The translations under genes were made by a program, and so were the position numbers. A stretch of DNA of 63,793 bases, the filler included, from Dimorphilus gyrociliatus (Eukaryota > Animalia > Annelida): the NCBI GenBank assembly GCA_904063045.1. It is 4 parts of 4 records of this genome, joined end to end, with 100 filler letters (N's around TTAATTAATTAA, not from the genome) between each part and the next. Parts side by side here need not be neighbours in the genome. Positions count along the whole stretch, not along the records: positions 21,143 to 51,940 come from CAJFCJ010000047.1; 3 more parts are not named here. One strand, given 5' to 3'. The notes beneath the pieces are model-generated. The model was not told the DNA's origin and made no database searches. It worked only from the letters and a program-made list of their open reading frames with translations. Positions 37,425 to 50,329 of this stretch are shown piece after piece (the stretch's first letter is position 1; every line of letters begins with the position of its first letter).

Positions 37425-39420
37425 CATTGTTAATTAATGAATTATTGAATGCAATTTTATAATAAAATGTTGATATAGTAGACATTTGCTCCAAATTGCA
37501 TGAGAAAATATATCTTTGATAGAAATTATTGCTAAAAAATGCTTTTTCCAGTTGACAAGGACCTTTAAATTCGTCTCTTTTAAACTCTTTGTAAAATACA
37601 TCAACATTCAGTAAATTTCTGGATTGTTTGTCAAAATGTAAAGTAATTTCTGGATTGATTGTTTCAGCACTAAATGTTAAATTACTAAATCTGTAATTCT
37701 CAATGATTGTTGAAGTAGATGATAGAATTTTACAAGTAGAATACAAATTATCTTGAAGGTAGGTATTGGTTTCTTCATAACATTTTAAACTTTCATGCAA
37801 TACGATTATTTTTCCTTCTGTTTAATTTTAATGGAGAAATTGAACAAAAAAAAATATGTTTTATAAATAAGATCATGATAAAAAATTCACCTAAATCATT
37901 AATTTTCAGTATATGATTGTGTTGTGAAAGAGTATTCCTTACTTCTATTTTCTTTGACAAACCATTGATTTCAGGTGGTTGATGAGTAGTTATTAGTGTA
38001 TTTTTATTATATAGCAATCCTTTACCCAATTTGATAGCATCATTTGAAGCAGTTATCCAGAAATGATTCCATTCATCACAAATGATATATTCTTGAATTG
38101 TGTCTTTATCATAAAGATCAGTTTCTTGGGAAAACATTACAATATAGCTTTCAATTAAATTTGATAAGAAAACTTGAAAAGTTGTTCTATTGTTGTAAGA
38201 GAAAGCTAAAAGAAAATCACCACAATTATTATCTACAGAGCTTCTATGCGCAAATAAACTGAATGAAATTGCATTAAAACTGTTTTGAACATAAGGCGGA
38301 AGTGTGTACTGTTGAAATTCAGTACCTTGAATAACATATTCTTTCTTTTCCAGACCTAAAAGTTTATATATGTTGGGAAAAAATTATTTTTCATAAAAAC
38401 TACTACAAAACAAACCTTTGGCAAACACTTGAACAAGACTAAGCCCAATATTTTGAGTTGCATATTTTTCAACAACTTCAACATATAATTCAGTTTCAAT
38501 AAACATATTTGAATATTTGAAACATTTCTGATGTTTATTTGTTTTTAAAGCAGCATATTCCTCAATACCAGAACTCCATTTTACTTTCAATTTTGTAATA
38601 TACTTATTAGAAGTTTGTCTATTGGCGAAACAATAAACAATAGGAATTCCAAAGATTTTAAAGGTAACTTTAAGATATTGACCAATGCAAGTAGTACCCT
38701 GACAATTACCAACCCATTCTTCATAGCCACCAAAAGCTCCACTAACAAAATCTATTGCATTTTTACAAAGGTATTTACTACTGTATACGGATTTGGCCAA
38801 ACAAGTTGCCCCGTTATTTGCTGCGGCTATATCTGTATAAAAGTCGCTATCAACTATACCTTCTGCAACATCTACAAACAAAAACAAAATGGCATTACCA
38901 AACTTTTTAAAAGGATAAAATTATTTGTGTACCTTCATAGGCAAAAATCATAATTGAACTAAAACCAGTATTGTGAGTACTTGCTGATCTTTTTGGTATG
39001 AAACTCATTTTTTCAACATTTATACCGTAATTGTTTTGAGGTAGAAAGCATTCAATATTTTTTATAAATTTTTCAAGTTTCAATATCAAATGCTTATTGG
39101 TGTTGAAAAAAACTTTAACACTTAGAGCTTTATGTTGAACAGACATAAAAGTTTGAGATATACAAAATTCAGAAATATTATATAATTTTTGAAATGAAAT
39201 TGTAAGTTTTGCAGTGTTACAATCTGCGCTGCACAGGTTTAGCCATGAAAACATGTTTATCCAATGAGGATACATAACATGAGTTGGCTGAAATGAGAAA
39301 TTTGAAACTGGTGATCTAAAATAATCAGCAGTGCAAATAGAATTCGATGTAAAATCAGCCAGATTAATTAACTTTTGATTTTCTGTAACAATGATGAAAT
39401 TAATGATAGAGGATTAGAAA
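37399..39420 (-). CDS. paralog of the discoidin-like + Methyltransf_FA-like gene; multi-exon
   Basis: NLADFTSNSICTA...NTGFSSIMIFAYE; AANNGATCLAKS...KVKWSSG...NIGLSLVQVF; ICDEWNHFWITASNDAIKLGKG. Confidence 0.6.
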
Positions 39421-40324
39421 GAGAATCTATGAACATAACACTTGCTTGTATTGCTGTAAACAGTGAAGAAACTGAGTAATAGATACATTTGAATATTAAA
39501 CTTTCTTAACATTCTGCTGAAATAAAGCATTCTCTCTTCTCTGACAGAACTCACTACTTTACTAGTAGTGTTTTTAATCATAACATTTACAGTAACTATG
39601 CATTTGGTCCTATGAAATTTGAATTATTTATTTCATGAATTTTTTAAATATTTTTTAATCTTCTTGTTTGCATTCAAGATTTATTCCAGTTTGTTAAAAA
39701 TTCACTAGCAATTGTAGTGATCTTCTACATGGCAATCATAGAATTCTGTGAAATAGTTGTAATGAAGACCAATACATAGGCCTAGTTTCTACATATTAAT
39801 CATTATTATTACCAATTCAAAGAAGTTATTCTGTATAGCTTAATATCTAAACTAAAAATTTGGGGAATACGAAGATAATTAGACATACGTAAGATATTGA
39901 TAAATATGTATGAATAAGCATATTATGTAATTTTTGTTTTAGCTGTAAGGCACAAAGGATTAAAACTTTCAGTGAAAGGAAAGTGGGGGATACAAAATTG
40001 GAAAAAATATTTTTATCTGATGATTACAGATTGAGCTGCACCCTAGGAGGAGGAAGTTTAGCTGTCATCTATGAAAAACTTATTTCTATTCCATAAATTC
40101 TCTAGATTGTCTTTCAAAGTATCATGTGACTCTTCAAGTCAGTAAAATAATAACATGTCGAAAATTGAAAGAGGAGATTAAAAGTCTGCAATACTAATTC
40201 TTTGGATGCTGGTTAAAAAACCAAATTGGATTGTTATAAATTGCTATTTAAATAACAATTACATTTTTCACTTGACTACCAGTTTTAAATACCAAGTTTC
40301 CAATCAATAAACACACAATAACTG

Positions 40325-40505
40325 AGGTCTGGTGCAAACATACCATAGAACATTTTAGGAAAGTGTTAGTTTGAAAATTTGGATGGATTTATTGTTAGCC
40401 CGGTTCCAATGTAGGGTTAAGGAATATAAATAACACAGATATTATACTCAACTTTAAAGATATTAAGGCAAGCTTCAACCCTCCAAGGGTACATTCTCAC
40501 CCCCA
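40325..40505. repeat. degenerate second copy of the 7130-7341 MITE
   Basis: Collinear matches, e.g. TTATACTCAACT / TTATGCTCAACT and GCTTCAACCC..AGGGTACATT..CACCC. Confidence 0.6.
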
Positions 40506-41830
40506 ATCAACCTATTTTTTTCAATGCTTAGATCTTTTAAAATAATATATATAAATTGTATTTTTTTTTTTTTTACTTTTAGGTTCAAATCTAGTAACTA
40601 AAACTTACTTTGAATGTTCAATATTTTTCATGCTATATGGAATAATGAAAATGTTCATTTTTTAACAAGAAAAAAAATATTCTTTTTCTTAAGAATGTTA
40701 GAAAATAGACACTTTAATTTCTTTAAAAAAACCTCTTTTAAAGATGTCATTCTTTGCAAACTACATTTAAAATATCTTTACAACTAAGTGAATGTAAGAT
40801 TGATTCATTAAGAGTGTTTGTTTGAGAAATATTTCATGAATGACAATACTGTTGTTAAGTGCAAATCTTTATTGGAGGATTGTTGAAAACAACAAATGAA
40901 AATATAGAAAATTTATGCAAACATTCTATTATTTTTCAATCATTTCCATGATTTGAGAGATTTAGCAGAGACATTGCTAAACATAGAAGAAACAATAGGC
41001 ACCATATTTATTGAGCCTTTCTTCTTAAATTTCATTCTTTAAGCATCTGTATCAAAGTATGAATTTTGAGTTCCACTTAAAATCCATTAAATTTGTAAAT
41101 CTTTGGATTATCAATAATCTCCAATTTGTTGTAAAAGTGATCCAATTTAAAGCAAAATAGGTGTCTTTTGGCAAAATTCAAAAAAATGAAACTATTCACA
41201 ACTGTCAGTGTTTTTACTCCATCACACAATAAGTAGATGATAGATCTTAATTGTCTTTGAAAATAGTTCCAAAATGAAGAAATGCCCACAGTTCAATAAA
41301 AAGCTGGGCCAAATTGTCTAAAAATATAGAATTACCTGAAAAAAATTTAAATCAAATAGTTTGAAGAGTTGAATGACACAAGACACATTCTTAAAAGATA
41401 ATGCACAATCTTTTTATAATTTTAATAAAATTAATTGCAAACAATTTATGTTGAGATTGCGAATTCTGGATCAAGTTCTGAAGATTTAACTCCTATTTAC
41501 TTACATCAGACTTTAATGGTAAAAGCAAATGAATTTTTGATAATTCATTAAACTGATGTTAATGTTGAAACTAATAATCAATATAAAGTGCACAATATTT
41601 TGGTGCTGCCCTCTCTTATCTGATTTACAAACCCATTTAGTGATCAACACAAATTAGATAATTTCAGTTTATAAAAAATATTATTAACCAACCCCAGTGC
41701 CTTTTTTAACAGTTGAAACTATTTTTTTACTTTAATTCATCTGAATAACCAACTAATGAGCTACATTAAGAGATAGCCGGACAAAACATCCCCTTTTTTT
41801 GCAATTTTGCAAATCATAAATAATTCTTCT

Positions 41831-44125
41831 TTATTTTGTTATTACATTTGAATTGGGAAGTTTTAATGACCATTGTTCAAGTTTAAAATATATTTTTGGT
41901 GTTAAGTTACATTGTTGAAAATTTAAATTCTTTAATGTAGCCAATGAGCGAGTGAGACCATTACAAATATCAAACACTCCATTTCCTACATTTGAATTTT
42001 CTCCAATATCAATACTTTCCAATTTACGACAATTCTGAAAAAGATTTCCAATTTGTTTACATTCTTCCATAGTTATGTCACAATTGCAAAAATTTACAAC
42101 TCTCAAACTATTGGCTGAATGCAAAAGTCCTTGACAAATATATAGTAATCCATCTACCATACTGTTATTGTCTGCTAGGATAAACTCTTCAATATTTGAA
42201 CAATTTTTCAAAAGTGATCCAATCTTTTTGCTCTGTTCTTCATTTAAATCACAATTTTCGAAATCAAGATGTTGTAAAGCATTTGTAGATGGAAGTAATT
42301 TATTACAAATATTTAACAATCCATTTTTCATCTCTCTATTACTGTTCAGGTGAACTGAGTTTAAATTTGAACAATTTTTAAACAGGTTTGCAATACTGTC
42401 ACAATCTTTCTGATTTAAAAAACAATTCCCAAAATAGACATTCTTTAAGCTGTTGGATGATTGCAACAGTCCTTCGCAGATGATTTGTATATTAGCATCC
42501 TGCATAAAATTATTATCAAAATCAACTGTTTCAAGTTTTGAACAACTTTTAAATAAATTTGATAATTGTATAGATTGCATTCCATTTAGGTCACATGAGC
42601 CTAAATAGAGATCCTCTAAAGTATTAGATGAAAATTTCAATCCTTCACAAATTCTATAAAATTCATTTTCCAAATTACTATTGCTGCTTAAATCAATTAC
42701 CTTCAAATTAGGACATTTTGAAAGTAGGTCAGCTAGATTTTGACATTCTGTACTATTTATATTACAATCATTAAAATATATATGTTTTAAAGTATTTGAT
42801 GAATGAGAAAGACTTGAGCAAATAGCATTCAATTCTTGACCAATTTTTCTATTTTCTTCAAAGTTTACTGTTTCCATTTGAGTACAATTGTTGAATAGTT
42901 TTTCAAGACTTTTTAATTGGTATTTTAGCAAATTACAATTTCCAAAATTCACATCTTTTAAAGTATTTGATGAAGAACAGAGTCCTTTAGAAATGTCTAA
43001 GAAGCCATATTGCATATTTTTATTTCCACTAAGGTCAATGAGTTCAATATTTGAACAATTTTTCAACATATTCCCAATTATTTTACCTTTATCATTATCT
43101 ATGTTACAATTAGTGAAAAAAAGGTTTTTCAATGTATTTGCAGAAGGAGAAAGTCCATTGCAAAGATTTAACAATTTCAATTTCTTTTGTGAATTTCCAG
43201 TTAGATTAAAAGTTTCTATTTTAGGACAATTGGTCAGAATAGATTCTATTCTGCAACACTGATTTGCATTTAATGAACAATCAGCAAAATTAACTATTAT
43301 TGATTTTGCAGTAGATCGCGGAATATTATCAATATTTTCCAATGTAAATTCTTCAGCTGTTGGATTACATTTTTCTACCAGTTTAGTTTCTTGTTTTGTT
43401 TGATTTTCAGTAGAATTATTTGCTTTAAGGCTACTTTTTACATTTGAATAATCTCCTTCAAAAATATCCCAAGTAATTGATATATTTTGATGAATATTCA
43501 CATCAATCATCTTGATATCTTCTAGCAAATTTTTAACATCATTTTCCTGTTCAAAGATATCATTAAAAAACATCTCTCTTTCTTTTATTGTATTTTTCAA
43601 CTTTTCCTTAATTGATTGAAATTTTTTAAGTAAATCATTTATCACTTTTGTTTCAGTTTCTTCAATTTGTTTTAAAACACTATCATTATTTTTTGATTCT
43701 TTTTCGACAAAATTTCTTATTACCAGTTTTCTTTGGTTATGTTTCTCCATTGAATAAACAATACATGTTGAATGATTCTCTTCCCAACAGAGAACACACA
43801 TATCTTCTGTATTATGAGTTTTACAATAGAGGGATGACTCTTTTTTATGATTTCTGCAAAAATTATTACTTAAATTTTGTGATACTTGTAATGATTTGCT
43901 AAGTCGATTTCTTGGTAATTTTTGAACTTGACCTTCAGGAAGTTGATGATTTACTCTACATTCTGGGCAAATAACTTTGCAATTAACAACCATTAATCGA
44001 TTTAAACAATTAAAACAGAACGTATGTTGACAAGGCAGAATTCTAGGATCATTTTCTAGCCAACTTTCCAAGCAAATGGCACATGTAAATTCTTCTTTAT
44101 CGATAAAGTATCCTCTGGCAGCCAT
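41831..44125 (-). CDS. intronless TRIM-like protein: RING-HC, B-box, coiled coil and eight ~57-aa RNI-like LRR double units (764 aa)
   Basis: CAIC..LPCQHTFCFNC..CPECR; CRNH..YCKTH..CVLC..NH; repeated NCxxLExIDLSGN...ICxGLxxSxNTLK. Confidence 0.92.
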   Translation of the reverse strand: MAARGYFIDKEEFTCAICLESWLENDPRILPCQHTFCFNCLNRLMVVNCKVICPECRVNHQLPEGQVQKLPRNRLSKSLQVSQNLSNNFCRNHKKESSLYCKTHNTEDMCVLCWEENHSTCIVYSMEKHNQRKLVIRNFVEKESKNNDSVLKQIEETETKVINDLLKKFQSIKEKLKNTIKEREMFFNDIFEQENDVKNLLEDIKMIDVNIHQNISITWDIFEGDYSNVKSSLKANNSTENQTKQETKLVEKCNPTAEEFTLENIDNIPRSTAKSIIVNFADCSLNANQCCRIESILTNCPKIETFNLTGNSQKKLKLLNLCNGLSPSANTLKNLFFTNCNIDNDKGKIIGNMLKNCSNIELIDLSGNKNMQYGFLDISKGLCSSSNTLKDVNFGNCNLLKYQLKSLEKLFNNCTQMETVNFEENRKIGQELNAICSSLSHSSNTLKHIYFNDCNINSTECQNLADLLSKCPNLKVIDLSSNSNLENEFYRICEGLKFSSNTLEDLYLGSCDLNGMQSIQLSNLFKSCSKLETVDFDNNFMQDANIQIICEGLLQSSNSLKNVYFGNCFLNQKDCDSIANLFKNCSNLNSVHLNSNREMKNGLLNICNKLLPSTNALQHLDFENCDLNEEQSKKIGSLLKNCSNIEEFILADNNSMVDGLLYICQGLLHSANSLRVVNFCNCDITMEECKQIGNLFQNCRKLESIDIGENSNVGNGVFDICNGLTRSLATLKNLNFQQCNLTPKIYFKLEQWSLKLPNSNVITK

Positions 44126-44750
44126 TTTTAATAATTCCCCCTAAAATAGAAAGTAAAAATAGAACAGTACTAAAAATTTCAAAGAATAAAATGGCAAAAG
44201 TGGGTTGGGACTTTTCATCCTGGACATTTTTTATGAGTTTTTTGTTGAACCATATACTTTTTTGATCATTCTTGTTCACTTAGATATAATGATATATTAA
44301 TATTTAGATTTTAGATATAAAGGTACATTAGAAAGACTTCCATTTCCTAGGAATTAGAATGGTGGAACTTTAGAGAGACCTTTATTATGTAGAGGGAGCT
44401 TTTAGTACTTTAGAAAGAACTCTATTTTGTAGGAAACTGACTCTTTGACCATAACAGGTTGTGGGTGAACTTTGGTAAGTTGATAAATGTTTGGAAAAGA
44501 TGAATACTGTTTTGAAGAAGCAGAAATTCCTACAATTAATATAAAAAATATTTCTGATTATAAGTATCAATAATTATGCCAAGTATATCTTTTGCCAGGC
44601 ATAGGACGTTTTTTCCCAACCCCTTAAACGCGTATGAAGATTTTTTTTAAGCAGTTTACTAAACTATTGAACTCTCATATTACTACCTGCTTAACCATTA
44701 TTGTTTTGAATAAACTGTCTTAATTGAAACATTTGTTATAACTTGCAAAT

Positions 44751-45571
44751 GCATAAATTTGCTAGCAAGAGCAGTACACTGTGTATATCCCAAATCAATG
44801 CAAATGATCCTTGTAGATGGGTTACTGAACCTGCAGAGAGCCTCACTACTGAAAATCCATGTTCTGGAGGTAATCTTAGATTAATGATTGATTTTTTTAT
44901 TAAAAAATTTTAACACAGTAAGTCCTCGTACATTTGGAGATCCTCACTTTGAGCAAAAAGTATTTGATAGTGTAACTGGAGAAAGTTTAGACATTTGCTA
45001 TGATGTGACTGGCTCAAGTGGACAAATAATTAATGTACTAGATGACAAATACTCCAGAACAAAGGTTGAAGGAATCCTTAAAGATGACTACTATTTTCAC
45101 AAGGCTATAATTACTCATCAAGGAAAAAGGTTTGTTGTTGATGTTGATTACATAACTCTACCTGAACAAGAAACATATAAGTGGGAACCTACAACAAAAG
45201 CTGTTTACAAATCGTTGTTTTTTTCAATCTCAAGGAATGAAGTAGTAATTGACACTTCACTTGGAATATATAGTATTAGAATTATTATTCAGAAGGCAAA
45301 CAAATCTTTAACAGGAACTTATCTGAACATAAATTTTAGGGGTTTGAGATCTGACCTGAAGAGATATGGTGGAATTATTGGAACAGCCAACAGAAAGAAT
45401 ATCATATTATTGGATTTCGTTCAGAGGAATGAGAAAACTACATTCAAAATTGACAACAAAATTGTAACAGCTAGACTTTCAAACAGATTCTCACACAGCT
45501 GTTATCTTTTTAATTTGGAAGATATTTTCACACAAAATGAACTTTATAATTTAATGTATTTTAGAAACTAA
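44751..45571 (+). CDS. inter-alpha-trypsin-inhibitor heavy chain C-terminal-like domain; final exon 44920-45571, 5' part uncertain
   Basis: FGDPHF..ICYDVTGSSGQIINVLDD pattern; GT-AG intron at ~44870-44919 keeps frame with the upstream exon. Confidence 0.6.
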
Positions 45572-46205
45572 TCTGCAATTTTTATGATATTTTATGGTGA
45601 ACACCTGTACAAATAACAAATAGAACAAATTTTAACAGTTGTATTTACTCTAAAGATTATGGGCATTATATCTTGTAATGAAAGTAGGACCACCAGTTGA
45701 ATATCTTATTTTCTATTCAAAATCTGTAAACTATATTTTCTGAAGAGATATTTTGAACTAAATATAGACCACCTATTATGTTATTTTTTTTTCAATGCTT
45801 AGATCTTAACTTGAATAAAATATATTTGAAAATAAAACTTTTCTACTTTTGTTATTCATATTTATAAATTTTCTATCAGTATTTACAATCCTCATTTTAG
45901 GTGTGGAAACTCATCTGTTAAATACAACCAAACATTATTAGTTTGAATAAAATAAATAGGTCTATATGTTAAACTTGCGCTTATTATAATCTACATTTTG
46001 TGAACAAGGCATATTTCTGCACTTTTCATACATTCTTTCTTATTGTTAGTGAAATGGTTGCTGACTTCTAGTTTAGATTCATACAGATAATAGGACAACA
46101 ACAGCTGCAAATATTTCTTCTTTAGAATAATTTTGAACTAAAAACAGATCATAATTGTAAGCATTTTTTATGTTAAATAGTATTGAGTTTAGTTGACTGT
46201 TTTAT

Positions 46206-48796
46206 GGGGGTGACAGAAAACATCCACAAATGAAGAGTAAATGTGCACATGGTATTAAAAAAATAATTAAATAAGAAAAGAGACGATGAAATGAATTAAT
46301 ATATTTTTCTTAATTGATTAAATACTAATGATCTGAGAAAATGAAAACTATGAAATTGCAAGTAAAAAAGTTTATTTAAGAACATAATTTTTCAAATGAC
46401 TTGAACATTTTTCATATTTTTAATACTTTTGAATTAATACTGCACATATTTAATAATATAAAGCAGAACACATCTCAACAAGTTGACTTGCTGTGATGTC
46501 ACCAACTTTAAAGTTTTCCCAAATGGAAAACAGTTCCTTTTGAATTTCTGTGTAGACTTTTTTTTGCATTCTCAATATCTTCTTCTCACTTAATAATTTT
46601 TCATATACAGAAATTAACTCAGCCTCTCTCTCTTTAGGATTGATTGGTTAAACACAGACCAAGTTTCTGGAGGCCAAAAGCTATTTTTTATCCAATTATC
46701 CTCCACATATTCTAAGTTTATTTCTTTCAGCCAGCTCACTTTTTATTTTGTAGAATTGGTTTGCAATCAAAGAATGAGGGAGGTAGGGCAAAGCCATAAT
46801 CATTTTCATTGATTGCCATTCTCCTACTCTCTTTTTAAATTCTGGGCTGTAACCCAGATCCTAAAAGTAGAATAATATACTTGGATTAAATTTTTACATT
46901 TATTAGTATTATTTCTAACCTGAATTTTTCTAAAAATGGCTTGTGACCAATGAAAAGAACAACCAACCATTGTAACATCTGGCCATGTATCTCTGATACT
47001 TTTCCAAATGGCCTTCTCATAGTCCAAAACAATTTTTGAACAGAGATGTCACCAGTTAATTCATTTACAGCCTAAATACACAAACTATCATTGATTTAAG
47101 TATTTAAAAGTATAACTTACCTTGAAAAGTAATTTATAAGCTTTTTTCTTTTTTGAAGTTAAGAATGAAAAAAGCAATGGCACCTGCTTCAACTCTTCAT
47201 TTTTCCTTAAGAATCCATGGAATGAGAACATTTGGAGAAATGGATCCTTGGCAATTTTAAAAGTACCATCCACATACCATATTTTAGCCTTACACAAAAG
47301 ATTTAACTGATGGTCAGTTGCAAATACTAATATTCTTTGATTGTTTAAATAAATATTTTTCTTTAGAAATCCCAATTGTATAAAAGTCAAATCAAGTTGA
47401 AAGTTGACATCATCAGGCTCAGCTGGTTTATTTTTGGCTACTTCTTTGCAGTTGTGTAAATTCCCATATGGATATTTTAAAAGAGTGTCTTCTGCAATCC
47501 TTTTTCCAGATGATTTATTATCACTAAGGCACTTCTCTTTGATATCTTTTCTAATTATAATCTGCTTTTCTGCATTTTTCAAAGGTGAATGATTGTGTTT
47601 TATTTTACCAATTACAAAATCACTTCCTTTTTGGTTAATACTTGCAGAACACTTTCTATTTTTGTTACGAACTGAGCAAGTCCAAATTGTAGCTGTTTTT
47701 CTTTTCATTTTTATGTTAAAAGTATATCCTTTGTGGATGAGAAGATCTTTTCCTTTTTGATTGCCATTTGGTAAAATTTTGAAATGTAAATCATCAGTGC
47801 AATAATCTCTTTGACTAGTATGACTTTCAAATGAATTCTCTTGAAAATCTTGAACTTCTGTAGTTGATGTATCCATTGTGGTTACTTCAATTTCATTGTT
47901 GTATGTAATTTCATTGTCATTAATCACATTTCCAGTTTCCAATGGACAGTCAACAAAACTCTCTGAACTAGTAAAAGAGAAAGACAACCTCAGTTCTTCT
48001 GTAGGTTCAATGAATTTCTTTTCTTTTTCATTATCAATTCTTGTTAGCAACACAATACAGTTTCTGTTTGATATTTGATAACACATCAAACATAATGGCG
48101 AAGTGCTGGTTGCATCTGAAAAAAAATTAATAACAGACAAAATCAAACTTTGGATATTTCATACCTTGAAAACACTTAATATGACAGTTTTTAAAGCAAA
48201 GACAACATATGCCTTTGATTTGGTTTTCAATGAATTCATCTTGACAAATATAACATGTATTATCCATGTTTTTAAACTTGGGATAGTTTTCTAGAAAACT
48301 TGGAAAATAATTTATATTAACAAAATACCAGAAATTAGCAATTATCTATAGTATATACATTATTCAATAAGAGAAATCAAACAGTCAACTTTATTGACAA
48401 ACCATGCCTTGTAATTAAAGGTTTGTACAATACTCAAAAAAGAAAATTTAAATACACCACATTAGGCAAAAAAGGTAGTATAAATTTATGTTAAATAAAT
48501 CATTGACTGCTTTTGAACATATACTCCATTTTAACCTTAAAAAAACACTTTTTATTACTAAATCTTTTTGTCACTTTGTAAATATTTTGTTTTTTTGTGG
48601 GCGTTTTCTGTCTCTTTGTGGATGTTTTCTGTCCCTTAAGTTTAACTATCAAAGTCACCTTTTTTTGAAAATATAATTAATTATGCATATAAAATTAACA
48701 CTTTTCTATAAAGTTTTCAAAAGAAAATGGTTTTTTTTTGATTTTTTCACCTATTTTTTCATTGTTTTAATTTTGTGGACGTTTTCTGTCTCAACC
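46206..48796 (-). mobile_element. Mutator-like (MULE) element with FLYWCH + MULE transposase, decayed at the C-terminus
   Basis: LIHKGYTF..WTC..KC..HNH; WYVDGTF; VPLLF; 49-nt intron 47072-47120; LDYEKA..GCSFHWSQAI; YVEDNWI..PPETWSVF in a shifted frame with no RTNN..E; GACAGAAAAC TIR cores at both ends; no TSD found. Confidence 0.85.
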
Positions 48797-49099
48797 GAAT
48801 GATACAAATTTTTCTTCTATTGTTGGACTGGTTAACTGGTGACATGCAGCTAAAATGGCGTCTTTTCAAATAATAGAAAAGATGGAGTAAAAATATTTGA
48901 ACCTTTTTCAAAAATAATCACTTTCAAGAAATTTTCTAATAATAATAAATCTTAAACCAGTAAATTTCTTATTATCCAAAAAAAAGAACTGAGCGATATT
49001 CGTAGGCCGACGAGTAGTATTAATTTTTTTACTGGCCTACAGAAAATCAATAAAGCGTGCAGAGTGTACTTCTACCGGAAATATTAAGCATTGTACAAA

Positions 49100-49978
49100 A
49101 TGTGGTTGTTTAGATTATTTCTTAAGCTGGTAAAATTGGATATCGATAAGAATTATGAAGTAAAATCACCTGAAGATATTATAGATAATCCTAATATAAC
49201 GATAAGACAAGCAAATGACAGCGATCACGAGAGAATTGTTGATTTATTTCTACAAGGTTTCAGTGGTAAATGGAAATATACATTTAGAGAAGACGAAATG
49301 GATGAAGTTAAAAAATTATTCCTTCACGAATTTAGAGCTGATACAACAATAATTCCAAATACATTAGTTGCAGAAGAAAAAGGCAAAGTAGTTGGAATTT
49401 GTCAAATGAAATATCCAAAGTATTTTTATTTAATTTTACATTTATTTTCATGGATTTAAAATTTTTTCTATTACAAAAATAAAATCTAGCATTACACCAA
49501 TGAATTATGACAAATACTATGCTAAATTGTCAATTAGATCTTTATTTATTGCTTTACTCTCAAGTGGAATGTTGGAATATTTGTCTAAAATGAAAGAGAA
49601 TGAATGCCTGCTTAATATTTTATCAGTTGATCCAGAATGTAGAGGTAAAGGAATTGGTAAAATTCTCTTAAATTCTGCTGATAAAGAAGCAAAGAGAAGA
49701 GGATTTAATGTTAGCTTTTCTTCTTATGTTTTAGTTTACTATTTCAATTTAATTTCTTTGCTTTTTGTTTATAGAATATCTTTTTAATTGTTGCTCGTGA
49801 AAATGAGGGAGCTAAAAGGTTGTATGAAAATTGGGGTTACATTGCAACTACAGCCTATTATAGTAGAAAAATATTCATATTTGGAGAAACAGTTAGTTGT
49901 TATATATATTCAAATATATTTTCTATAGATACATTTGTTTTTTAGGGATATTATAAAATGGAAAAAAAATTGGTTTAA
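49100..49978 (+). CDS. GNAT N-acetyltransferase, 229 aa, four exons
   Basis: Exons 49100-49419, 49490-49709, 49775-49891 and 49946-49978 sum to 690 nt in frame; introns 70, 65 and 54 nt, all GT-AG; LSVDPECRGKGIGKILL; LIVARENEGAKRLYENWGY. Confidence 0.92.
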
Positions 49979-50329
49979 TTTAAAACTCTTCTATTGAGAA
50001 GGAATGAAAATTCAATGATTTTATCTTTTTCTTATATCTTATTTTGTTCTGTGGTAAGCATGACGAAGTATTTGAATCAATTGACTCCGTTTGCCGATAT
50101 TTATTCTGTTCATTCCTTGACCAATGTTTTCATTTCTTATGTTTACCCAATCACCAATTTTGTATGTTTAAAGTCAACTTGTTAATATATTATCCCATAA
50201 TTCTCAGGTAAAAAGTGGTTATATAGATTTTTGTAACCACATGACAGTAGTGTTTACAATTCTCTCATCTAGATTTTTGCATTGAAATCATTATTGCGAT
50301 TTCTTAATACTTAACACAGCAACCTAAAT

